Shown here in pieces: positions 25,301 to 36,657 of a DNA stretch of 48,713 nucleotides. The DNA comes from Hydrurus foetidus (lineage: Eukaryota). Both the position numbers and the translations under genes were made by a program. Below the pieces are notes generated by a model. The model was given only the letters and a program-made list of their open reading frames with translations, did not search any database and had not been told where the DNA came from. Numbering within the stretch: the stretch's first letter is position 1; each line of letters starts with the position of its first letter. The stretch lies in contig UYFQ01000547.1 of assembly GCA_900617105.1 (NCBI GenBank), positions 1-48,713 of the forward strand, written 5' to 3'.

Positions 25301-27192
25301 AGACCAATTTTACTGCTTCATACTCAGCTACATTACACTGTACTGTACTGCACTGTACCACACTGCGCTACACTATACGACACTGCTTCCCTTCCGTTTC
25401 CTTCACCATCGTATCTCCACTGCATCATCAAAAACATCTTATGTGATCTTCTCATGTAAATAAAGCACGTGTGTGATCATAATGGCACAACAAATATTTG
25501 CAAATACTACCACTACCTCAGGGCCTGACACTCACAAGAAATAAAAACACTGAATGTTTATATGCAATCTCTGCAAGATGGTAATAAAATACATGGGTAC
25601 ACAGGTTTTACCATCGAATACACAGCTCTGAACTATCTAATATATAATAAACACACAGAATCGTAATCTTAAAACTATTAGATTATAAACAATAACACCC
25701 TAATACACTCTCAACAAACGGGAAAAAATTACAATTTGAGGGAGTACGTACTGTACCTGCATCTTTGTACGTGTCGCAGGAATGACAGTCCAAGTCCCAC
25801 CCCATCATGCGCACCCTCTAGAAGACCAGGAATATCAACTAACACCAAACTTTTCCCCATATCATCTATTTTGCTATCAATATCGCACACACCGAGATTC
25901 GGTACGACAGTAGTGAAGGCGTAGTCGGCGATTTTTGGCTTTGCGTTACTGTGTAGTACATTTGAAACGGGATTAGATATTAGAAATGGCAGCAAAAAGA
26001 AGGCGTGGTATTAACTTGGGAATAATAGGCTGCAATTTAAGTTGAGGAGTCAGTCACTCTCTGTGAGGAAGGAGGGATAATCTCGGGAAATTCTTCATTT
26101 ACAAGATAATTGTGTGAAGAATATTCTGCGTCACTTCATAACTACGCAACCATAAAGTTCATTTTCAATCGGCACAATAAGGGATAAATGTGTCTTTACA
26201 AGCACATTAACAATGTTGAAGTAGAACAGTTACCTGGAGGCTGCCAGCAATGTGCTCTTTCCAGCATTGGGCATTCCAATGAAACCGACGTCCGCAACTA
26301 ACTTTAGTTCAATATTGATCCAACGCTCAGCACCTTCTTCGCCCCTCTCAGCAAAAGCAGGAGCGTTCATTCGATGCGTTTTAAAATGTTCATTTCCTCT
26401 TCCTCCCTTGCCGCCTTTAGCAACTAGAAGCCTTTGGCCGTGCTGATTTAACTCGCCTGCTAACACTCCTTCCTCATCACGCACGATGGTGCCGGGAGGC
26501 ACGATGACAATATTATCCATTCCCTTCATTCCGTGTCTAGAGTCGCCCTTTCCGTTCGTTCCGTCTCTTCCTCTGTGATGGACTCTTCTGCGAAGCATGC
26601 TGAGAGTGTTTATGCTGCTGTCGCACTCGAGCCAAACACTGCCTCCATGTCCTCCGTTCCCTCCACTAGGACCGCCGAACTCGATACGAAATTCTCTTCT
26701 CATTGCCATGCATCCGTCACCACCTTCTCCACCTTTCACGTTGATCTTTGCGACATCGAAAAACATCCACTCTTGACTGTATTGAAGTTGGAGATGGTAG
26801 AAGGATTATCAGACCAGTTTTGGAAATGAGACAGTCTACGGTGTCTCTGAAATGTGTGATCAAGAATTCAATTCAGATATCGATGCTCACTCGTTATTTC
26901 CGAGAGGGCGACCACTTTTTCTTGTTGTACGTTCAAATCCATCTCTATCATCATCTTCAAAATCGTCTTCGTCATCTTCGTCATACAAAAATTCACCTTC
27001 GTCGTAGCTAACTTCGCCATCCGCAGACACAACGGATGGCGTCTGTGACTTTGCCATCGTAGGACCTGGTGCTGCATTAAGCCTTAGTTTATTGAAGTTC
27101 ACCGTCCGGAATAATCCACCAGATGTAAAAGCAACACAAAAATTTCCTATCAGAGAACCAACGATGGGTGCTAGGAGCAGGGTCGCTCTCAT
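22310..27192 (-). CDS. obgE: Obg/CgtA GTPase with C-terminal OCT domain, probably plastid-targeted
   Basis: Nine exons (approximate): 27192-26891, 26776-26234, 25948-25757, 24404-24295, 23964-23839, 23449-23263, 22907-22839, 22647-22590, 22443-22310. Gly-rich Obg fold, G1 GMPNAGKS, G2 YAFTT, G3 DIPG, G4 NKID, G5 ISA, and [14 protein letters not shown]...[12 protein letters not shown]-terminal signal peptide ends VA-F. Confidence 0.96.
24743..25145. repeat. Intronic tandem repeat, ~157-158 bp unit, about 2.5 copies
   Basis: GCTCAnnGATGCATGTATCGGTGATATCATCAAAGTTGTTATGTTTGGAAGAATCAG recurs at 24749, 24906 and 25064. Confidence 0.95.
25130..25386. repeat. Degenerate (CTRCA)n pentanucleotide repeat
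   Basis: CTGCA/CTACA/CTGTA units run on from the last tandem-repeat copy. Confidence 0.85.
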
Positions 27193-27407
27193 TTTCGCTT
27201 GATGGTCAGACTGCCCAGCTAGCTTTTACGAGTTCCTCAAAGCGCAGAGCGCAATGTAGTACAGTTGAAGGAATTAAACGAGTGTCCAATCAAAGCCAGA
27301 ACATTTGGGTAACCGAAAGAAAAGGTCGAAATGAATGGTGCAAATATTACGGAAAAGGGTTCGAGTTCTGGGTTCTGTTCCCGTCATGCCAAGTAAAAAA
27401 AATATCG

Positions 27408-27812
27408 TCTCTCTTCTCTCTTCTCTCTTCTCTCTTCTCTCTTCTCTCTTCTCTCTTCTCTCTTCTCTCTTCTCTCTTCTGTCTTCTCTCTTCTGTCTTC
27501 TCTCTTCTGTCTTCTCTCTTCTCTCTTCTGTCTTCTCTCTTCTCTCTTCTCTCTTCTGTCTTCTCTCTTCTGTCTTCTGTCTTCTCTCTTCTCTCTTCTC
27601 TCTTCTCTCTTCTGTCTTCTCTCTTCTCTCTTCTCTCTTCTCTCTTCTCTCTTCTCTCTTCTCTCTTCTGTCTTCTGTCTTCTCTCTTCTCTCTTGTCCC
27701 TTCTCTCTTCTCTCTTCTGTCTTCTCTCTTCTCTCTTCTCTCTTCTCTCTTCTCTCTTCTCTCTTCTGTTTTCTATCTTGTCCCTTCTCTCTTCTCTCTT
27801 GTCCCTTCTCTC
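27408..27812. repeat. (TCTCTTC)n heptamer tandem repeat, about 57 units, with TCTGTCT variants
   Basis: Direct reading. It produces the spurious SLLSSLF ORFs. Confidence 0.97.
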
Positions 27813-27862
27813 TAAGAAAATCTTTTGAAATCGTAGCGTTACTTCAAGCTTTCAAATTGGAC

Positions 27863-28387
27863 ATGATATCTCTGTTAGAAGGAAGAGTGTTTCATGGCCG
27901 TGTCAAATATCTGTTGAAGGTGTTGGGTACTGATGAACGTAAGTGTTATTAATTTCACGAGCTATTACATCATCAGATCTATCAGTGAGATATGAGGAGT
28001 ATTTTGGATAAAGACCTCGACGAAAGACAGCTTGACTGCGTTCGGACGAAAAAGTCAGAAAAATTGTATTGATAAATATTTGTGTCGGAGAAGATTCACA
28101 ATAAATGCACACTACTGCAGCAGTAAAGCATCGCAATTGTAGGAAGTCTCTATGCAGTGAGGAAGAGCTTTTTCGAATATAACACAAATGACGAAGAAGA
28201 TGCTGCCACTCAAATTTTGACATTCCTCCGTTCTCGACATTACAAAGAAATTATGATTGAAAAACAAGAAGTAACACTGTTTGCTGTTATGATAGCAGTT
28301 GGGGCATATTCTCACTCGTCACTATACCAGACAATAAAAAGGCCAGTCAATAATATGTCGGAAGCCAATAGTATACGGTATAACTAA
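27863..28387 (+). CDS. Possible small two-exon hypothetical protein (~106 aa)
   Basis: ATG at 27863, a consensus GTAAGT donor after 27938, and a TAG acceptor before 28143 join in frame to ORF 28157-28387. No recognisable motif. Confidence 0.35.
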
Positions 28388-28573
28388 AAGAAGGCTCCGG
28401 TAGGTTACGGTAGACTCTTCAACTACGTAACGTACTCTAAATGAGAACAAAATTTTGAAGCGAAAGTCAGAAATCGAAGTCAAGTAGGCAAGTCGAAGTC
28501 GGAGTGTTGGGATCAGTAACTTCAAAGAGTGGCACTATCGAAGGGTCTTATTCTGATTTGCATTGACTTCACT

Positions 28574-29845
28574 ATGTCGGTCACTGCCAGCTCCCACTTC
28601 TTCACTGATCTGTGTTTGTATTTAACCATCGATTGGCTTGAATCCGCTGATCTTGTTGCTATAGACATAGCGAATCAGAGCAATTGTTTTTCGTGGTCAA
28701 CATGGTTACGAGTAATAAGAAGCATCGTAGACATGAAACCTCTGAGAGATCTTTTGCATACGCCATTCTGGATAAGGTGGTTGGTAGACAGAGGAGTACG
28801 AATATCGTCAATACGGGTCGTTCAAGGCTCTTTAGATCGATCGGTAGACGCTTTATTTGAAGGGATCCATCTACCTGATCTTTCCAGTTTGAAAATCGAT
28901 GAAAATTTTCAAATTAATGACACTGCTCTTCGGCTAATAAGCACAGGGTGTGCAAATTTGCGTAACATTGATATCTCGCGATGCGTACGATTAAAGTCGG
29001 AGTCACTTTCGATAATAAGCCAGCACTGCAGCGGACTGACTACGCTAGACATAAGTCAATGTAGTGGGATTCAGGACAGAGGTATTAGGGCCCTTGCTGA
29101 GGGTTGTGTCCATCTGCAGTCAATCAATGTTGCTTGGTGCATTTCGCTGACGGATGCGGCATTAATTGCGATAGGAGAGAGCTGCCGAGGACTGACAACA
29201 ATCAATATACGAATGAACAACAACATAACTGATGCAGGAGTTGCTTGTTTGGTCCGCGGGTGTATTCATCTACAATCAGTTGATATCAGTCAGTGCCCTA
29301 GGCTGACATCTGCCTCACTTGCATCGATAGGAGCGACATGTCAAGGACTGACTGCAATCAATGTGGGTGACAACATCAAAATGACAGATAGTGGTATTGC
29401 AGAGCTAACAAAGGGATGCGGTCGACTGCAGTCACTGAATATAATAGCATGTAGTGAACTAACGGATGCGGCATTAATTGCAATTGGAGAGTACTGCAAG
29501 GAACTTACGTTGATTGTTATTGAAGGTAACGGGAATTACACGGATATCGGTCTGGGTAGTCTGACCCAGGGATGCATCATGTTGCAGTTAATTAATATGG
29601 CCTTCTGCTTTAAACTGACCGATTCAGCATTAGAAGCGATAGGAGGGACATGCAAGGAGCTAGCTTCAATAGACATGAGCGGTATTCGCAATATGACGGA
29701 TAGTGGTGTCGCCAGTCTCATGTCTGGATGCAGCCAGCTACAATCAGTCAACACTGCTTACTGCTCGCAATGTAGTCGTATATATACATTTCGTTTACAT
29801 GCAGCGTTACTTGGGAGAAAAAAGATACCGGACCCGGTCACGTAA
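28574..29845 (+). CDS. Cys-containing LRR (AMN1/FBXL-like) protein with divergent F-box-like N-terminus, intronless
   Basis: About 11 repeats of 26 aa (CxxLxxIxIxxCxxLTDxxLxxIxxx). First ATG is at 28574. N-terminal segment DLCLYLTIDWLESADLVAIDIA. Confidence 0.9.
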   Translation: MSVTASSHFFTDLCLYLTIDWLESADLVAIDIANQSNCFSWSTWLRVIRSIVDMKPLRDLLHTPFWIRWLVDRGVRISSIRVVQGSLDRSVDALFEGIHLPDLSSLKIDENFQINDTALRLISTGCANLRNIDISRCVRLKSESLSIISQHCSGLTTLDISQCSGIQDRGIRALAEGCVHLQSINVAWCISLTDAALIAIGESCRGLTTINIRMNNNITDAGVACLVRGCIHLQSVDISQCPRLTSASLASIGATCQGLTAINVGDNIKMTDSGIAELTKGCGRLQSLNIIACSELTDAALIAIGEYCKELTLIVIEGNGNYTDIGLGSLTQGCIMLQLINMAFCFKLTDSALEAIGGTCKELASIDMSGIRNMTDSGVASLMSGCSQLQSVNTAYCSQCSRIYTFRLHAALLGRKKIPDPVT

Positions 29846-30509
29846 ATAACGTAGTACGAAATATTGCTGATATTTCTGTTGTCTACGAGGGATAAGATCA
29901 AAAAAATACGAAGCAATATTACACTATTCCGATGCGTAGCCGAGATGTGATGCCATCAAATCAGATTATTTTCTTAAAAAATACGAGCCTTCGTATTTGT
30001 TGATACTCCACATAGGAGGGCAAAAAAAAGAGTTTAAAGTCGTTCAACAGACGTTTCACCTTGACGAGAAATCTAAATATTTGCGCGATTTATTTCCAAA
30101 CCTATTTACGAGCCTTCGAATTTTTAACATTTCAAATTTTTGAAAGCGCTCATGGAACAGATCAGATTATCACGGTTGTGGTTATGGATTATATGTGGTG
30201 GTGAAAAAAGACAATTTCGTCGAAGTAAAAATTAAACAGCAGTTGAGTATATCGACGAAGTATGTTTGACGAATGTAGAGTTATATACGTTGTCTTCAGC
30301 AGTCATTCTCGATAACGAAAGTATGATATCTCCGCTAATATGTGACTTTGACATCGTACGGTTGTCAAACAACATAGATGTACATCATAGAACCTTGATC
30401 GGAAACCGTTTGATGCAAACGCTCAGAGCATACAAAACGGGACGTTTCGTATTCTTTGCCGGCTTCTCATCGTACTTCACATGAATATTTGCATGAGCGT
30501 GACCATGAG

Positions 30510-31435
30510 CTATGAATTAGACAAGCCAATGTAAACCAGTAAAACTAACGTGACGCTCTCAGCTATTATAACTCCGTACATCCAACAGACTCCACTTCTT
30601 GCCCTTCTTATTTTCTCGGCATGCGAAGTTTCCGCTCTCAGCGCTAGCGATGCTAGAGTCATATCGTTCTCTGCTTTATTTAATAGCACTTCATGCGTCT
30701 TCGATTCCTCGTTAAGGCCTCTCGACTAATTAATGGGACAATGGGAGAAAGAGAAGGAGGGAGGAAAAAATGAGGTATGAAAGGATGGGGCAATAAATTG
30801 TTGGGAGCATTCACACCGAGCAAGTTCAACAATTTCGTTAGGCTATAATATATAATATCTTGTTGTCATCAATGCTCTGGATAATCAAGGAACATTGCCA
30901 CTGATAATCCGACTGAGGTCCAGCATGGAAATACATCGAAGTGCTGAATCAAAAAATCCTATTGCCCCACAATTCCTCTTATGACTTCGCAGCTTGTCAG
31001 AAACGGGAAAAAAAATCACAGTCACGAATCAGCATAACCAAAGTAATCATAGCTGGGGTTGGCATCTACTCGAGTAGCGATTGATCTCTCACAGATAATG
31101 AACAGCTAAAGCGAGTTCTCAGACAGATGAATTCCCTTATTTGACATTGTGGAATGCGATCTGATTTGGCGTTACTCAGCGCTCAATATTTCTGTAGATC
31201 GTTTGAAATATCTCCAGACGCAGAATTCGGTCGAAAATGGCGAACGGAACTTCTAGTTCCACATGTCTTGTACCCACGCAGCTAGATTACAAACCTGATT
31301 GTATATTCTTGATGTGGCCGCTTCGATATCATCGAGTAACGCCGCGTCCTGATCAGACAGAGTAAGATTATCAGTTGTTCTTTTCACTTGAACTTGCGGA
31401 TTTATGACCGAAGAGGAGCTTGATTGGTAGCTCAT
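30510..31435 (-). CDS. Minimal Qc-SNARE (syntaxin-8/SYP5-like), 118 aa, tail-anchored
   Basis: Exons 31435-31295 and 30725-30510, joined in phase 0. SNARE motif DQDAALLDDIEAATSRIYNQSRGLNEESKTHEVLLNKAENDM...AEKI, then C-terminal TM CWMYGVIIAESVTLVLLVYIGL. Exon 2 is absent from the ORF track. Confidence 0.85.
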
Positions 31436-31757
31436 ACTGACTTGATCTCATGAATGCTTTACTATCAAGACAAGCTACATCTGCGAGCCGCGATAGCTCG
31501 ATATTAGAGCGAAGTTGATTTGTGCGCCGGAGCAGGAGAGTTGAAATTTTGTTCAGGTTTCATCGGTTTTTAATTTCGCCGGAGCCGGCCGGGAGCCGGG
31601 AGTGATGCATCCAAATGTGACATTTGGGTGAAACTTTCAAGTCTCCATATACCATAAGCATTTGAGGCATCGTTGCTCGCGGACAGGCACCCTGTAAGCT
31701 GATCAACTGTGCTACCATTGGAGCAACGAAGGGAGTGTAACAAGACCGTTCCGACTG

Positions 31758-34700
31758 ATGGCGTACGTCAGGATAAATGCTGCGGACCATCGTCCTTTAA
31801 ACGATCCGGAAGTGGGTAGCATGAACAACTACGACGTGCATCCTACTTCACATAAAAGTGATCGCAAGAAGCCTGATGGATACAAGTCGCAAAAGCCCTT
31901 GATAATATTCACCTTCAATATCTCCTTCTTGTCGCCTATTTTTCGCTACTTAGCTCTAGCTTTTGGGATGTTCTTTTTTATGTGTCTGTACGGGTACTTC
32001 CAGGAGCTAGTTGTCTATGGATGGTTCAATCGGAAGCTTTCATTATTCTGCACGTTCCTGCATTTTTTGGGCTGCTCCTTCTTCGCTCAATTGCAGTACA
32101 ACTACAGTGGAAGAGCGCCTGTGACAATCGAATCAACAGGAGCAAACTCTCCAGGCGGATCGACAAGTGCTCATATTACTGCAAAAATAAATTCTTTGTC
32201 ATCCAATTTATTGTCCTCTAATGGGTCAGCAACTTTTGGTAAATGGCTTCAAGGGAAATTAGCAGTGGTGTTGTCATGCATGAAATGCTATCTCCTCAAG
32301 TTGCAAGTAAGTTTTTTTATAAAACCTCCTCATAAATCATTTAAAATATGTTGTGAGTGCTGTGATACACCAACTTTCTTTGTCTTGACGTGGGCTTTGA
32401 CTAAATTGTTGTTATTTTGTTCGTATTAAATCTTTTTTTGCATCGTTTTATTTGATTGTCAAATGTCGTTGAAAAAATATCGATTGTTCGTCCATCCATC
32501 TCTCTGCCATTTTACCCATTTCTTTGTGTTCAATATTTTTTGACAATTTCTCATTTGAGCGCCACACTATAACATGTTTTTCAGCATGATTGTTGCACTT
32601 CTACTTACCACGTCACAATCAAGCATACAACAATCCAGTCGACATATGTGCGTCTTCCATAACTCAAATGATCAAGTGACAATCTATCCCCTTATGTCAT
32701 TTTACGATGTAGACTATAATTTCGATATATGATAAATGTAATGCCGTCATTTATTTGCGATTAATCTCCGTCCCCCTCACATCTTACACACACCATTCCT
32801 TTCATCTCCCCACCTCCATCCTCCCTCCCTCTCTCCCTCACACTCTCCCTCATACATACTCTCTCCCTCACTCCCTCACACATACTCTCTCCCTCTCTCC
32901 CTCATACATACTCTCTCCCTCTCCCTCACGCACTCCCTCATACATACTCTCTCCCTCTCTCCCTCACACATACTCTTTCCCTCTCCGAAACACTCACTTT
33001 TGCGCCGTTTCTGCGGCTTCAGTCTACGGTTTTCACCATGGGAACAGCTCCTCCCAGATTAGCATTCGGTATGTACGTACATACCTCGTCTGAACATACA
33101 TGTGTACTTACATGTGTACATACATATAATCCCAACCCCTCCCTAACCTACCCCATTTTCAAAACCCTAATATAGAATTAAAAACCAGCCCTTTAAATAA
33201 GTAAAAATATTTATCTTTTTTACCTAAGCACGGTGGGGGGACAATAGATAATTCCAACTTTTCCTTGCCTTCGCATATGTGTATACATGCGTGCGTGCTG
33301 CATGTACGGACACATATCGCACAAATCTAGTACATGTAACGGGTGTTTAACATTCTTTCTTATATTGCATCTAATATGATGAGGGCGCATCAGATTTGCT
33401 TATTGTATCTGAAAAGCGTACATGTGCGAAACTTCATTGATTACGAATTCTTCCCGACTCTTTTTTAAGATAATTCTCAGTCATTTAATCTGATAATACT
33501 CGCCAATAAATACTGATGCGGTAGGATATTATTTGCTGTTGGTCCTGTTAAAAACGGCCACACAAGGACTCACAACAATGTGCATGGCACACATTAACTA
33601 TCCGGCAAAAGTACTGTTTAAATCGGCTAACCCGGTCGTAACAATGATATTCGGTTTAGTATGGTTTGGTAAAAAATACGCTCCGCGTGATTATATTGTC
33701 GTACTTCTTTTAGTACTGGGATTATATTTCTTCATGAATGGGACTTCTTCGGAGAACTCCCCCAAAGGGACGGGGTATGGAATATTTTTAGTAACTTTGT
33801 CCATGTTTGGCTCCGCAGGTACAACTTATTTTCCGTGTATTTTTCATTTTACATTTTTTGAATAAATTTTGAATAATTTTTGTATTGTTTATGACATTGT
33901 ATGCTACTATGTATGCTACTTTTAATTTTATGTTGTGTTGTGCTTTATTTTACTTCTTCTTTTATTTCTTTGACTTTCACTTATTCATTCATTTGTTTAT
34001 TTAATTGTTTATTTATTTATTTACTTATTTATATGTTTATTTATAATCTTCAGGAGTTCCAATGGTGCAGGAGCATTGCATGTTGAAATATAATGCCAGC
34101 ATAGAGGAGCTACTTTATCACTGTTACATAGGTGAGTACAATTGTCTGCATTCACTTATACTTATCGTATTTAATTTCATACATTTTATATGATTATTTC
34201 ATTATTTTATTATTTTGTTTAATCGCTCTATAGTAATTTTTTATTTCGACTTTTAAGTCTCTTACTATTTAACTTTCCATACACGATTGTAAATAGTCCT
34301 AACGTCACAATCGACATATCCATTTTCTTTAGGATCGACGATTATTTCCTTTGTATTAGCCGTATTTTCGGGGGAATTTTTCCACGGAATTTCGTTTTTA
34401 CTGATGAACAGTGACATTTCTACATGGTTGAGTTTTGCGGCGTTCTGCTCTTTTGGTTATTGTGGAGCCAATTTTGGTACAGCATTAACAAGTCAGGTAA
34501 TTTAAATTAAATTCGATCAAATTTTTTTCAATATGGAGCATTTTTATTTTATTTGTATTTTACATGTCATTTTTTTTCTGTTTTATTTCTTTCTTTTCTT
34601 TTCTATTTATGTATCTTAACATTGATGTATCTTAAAATTGAACGTCCATAAATATTACAGTTTGGATCTCTCGTCAACGGTATTACAAATACGGCCCGAA

Positions 34701-35569
34701 AAGCAGTGACATTAGCCCTATCTTTCGCCTTATTTCCCGAGAGAAATACACTGGAATTTCACCATGTTTTCGGTGGGTGTATTTTTTTCTGTGGATTAAT
34801 TGTCAGAACCGTTATGAAAGACACGACAGAAAAAACGGAAAGTAACAATTTTGCCAGATCGAAAAATTCGGAAATGTCTATTTCTGGGGAAAACCGTAAT
34901 TCTAAGAATAGTGCACAAATTACGGATTTCGATTATGGTCAATCGGAAAGAGATTATTTTATTAGTACAAAAAATAAATCTGACAGTAATGACGACTCGT
35001 ATGTAAATGAAAACAGAAATAAAAACAGAAATGACGCGGGAGATATAGAAAACGGATATATAAAATATTCCACCGGCGACACTGGGAAGTTGGAAGTGAT
35101 CGATGATTACGTCACTGTTGGTAATAATGTAAATGTGAAGAAGAGTATGAATGACACTTATGATGGAAACAACATGAACGATAATAATGATAATAATAAC
35201 AATGATAATAATAATAGCAGTAAAAATGTGAAATCTAAAGTCAAAAATACAACAATACACACTAATATTCACTACAATGGCATAGATAGCATCATCGTAC
35301 AAAACACATCCCCGCCTATTAAAAGGAATTCACCATCTAATTTTCAGCAATTCAAGGGGGTTAGTGTGGGGTCGAGTAATGTCGCGCTTAACATGAACAG
35401 TCGAGTAGTGCACGACGAGTATGACTGGAGTACAAACAACAATTCGGATGACCGTAATAATGATATAAAGTACGGTAATAACAGAGATGATGGCAATAGT
35501 AATGATGATAATTTGAATACAAGAAAACAGTCTACTAATGTTAAATACGGAAAGCCTACCGTTGTGTAG
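31758..35569 (+). CDS. UAA-family nucleotide-sugar/PAPS transporter (SLC35B3/PAPST2-like) with Asn-rich C-terminal tail
   Basis: Exons 31758-32306, 33023-33068, 33525-33818, 34054-34131, 34333-34496, 34661-35569. Motifs YGYFQE, INYPAKVLFKS, KKY..RDY and FGSLVNGITNTARKAVTLALSF. Confidence 0.92.
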
Positions 35570-36500
35570 AAATTCAAAATAAGTGGATAAAAAAGGGATT
35601 AATAAATAATGTTCTGTGGAAGATTTGTTGGATAATTTCTCCGTCTACTTACACCTCTAATGCTTTTTGTAACTTGACTCTAATAATTGGTATATTTTGC
35701 ATTGGAGTAGTTCCGCGCATGCATATTGGGTACACTTTCGATTGTGCTCTTTAAAATTATTTTTATTTTTGAAAAACGGAAATTTTCGAGCAACTGTAAG
35801 ATGTTTTACGATATCTTTATACGTCGTTCTTTATTTTTTCTAATCAGATACAGCATACTTACGTGGAGGCGCATATGAAATTTTGCAAAGTGAAAGAAAT
35901 TAGTGTTGCATTATTATATGATACATTTTACATTTCGATGTGCATGAAGATAATCTGAAGTCACGTACAGAAATCTAAGAAATTTGTATTTGAAGAAAAA
36001 GAAAGGATCTGATATATTTATTTATATCAATAAAATGATGTCTTGAATGTAGAAAAAGAGCACTGAAAAACGCACGAACAACAGTACAAATAATCTAATA
36101 ATAACTACAACTATTCCTACCCCACAAGCCCTGTTACTAAAACAAACATAAATGAATATTAAGATAAATAGTAATGGAAATGCAAAATACGTAAAGTCAT
36201 CAAATTTTCTTCAAATGTTGTCCACATTTAGTACGTTATTCCTTTTCAGATCACTTTCCGTGTTTTTACCAATTACTGCATCATAACACTATTTTACAAT
36301 TTGTGACATCCTTAGTTTACCTGATTTTCTTTAATCGGAAAATTTTATTTTTTTCATTGTAACTTTTAAATCGTATCTTTACTTGGAATTTCGAAAAATT
36401 TTCATTTTGTGCGAGATAAAGAAAAATTGATGAAAAACTAAAACAGCGCTTTCTGTTTAATTTCAACAGCTATGTGTCTTTTTCTTTTTTTGATCTCAAA

Positions 36501-36657
36501 GCTCCTCGTTTATTCCAGGTCCACGTTTAATCTGGACCTAACCCCGTACACGACAATTAAGTGTACCGTACTGTTTGCAGTTTTCAGTACGGTACAGTTT
36601 ATTGTCGTGTATAGGGGTGGGTCCAGATTAGACGTGGACCTGTAATAAACGAGGAGC
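36501..36657. mobile_element. Foldback/MITE-like element: ~73-bp inverted arms with an 11-nt loop
   Basis: Arm 36501-36573 (GCTCCTCGTTTATT...GTACCGTACTG) matches the reverse complement of 36585-36657 with about 8 mismatches. No clear TSD. Confidence 0.75.

Noticed and set aside
27168..27952. 215-aa and 205-aa SLLSSLF ORFs
   Set aside because: These are translations of the (TCTCTTC)n heptamer, which lacks stop codons.
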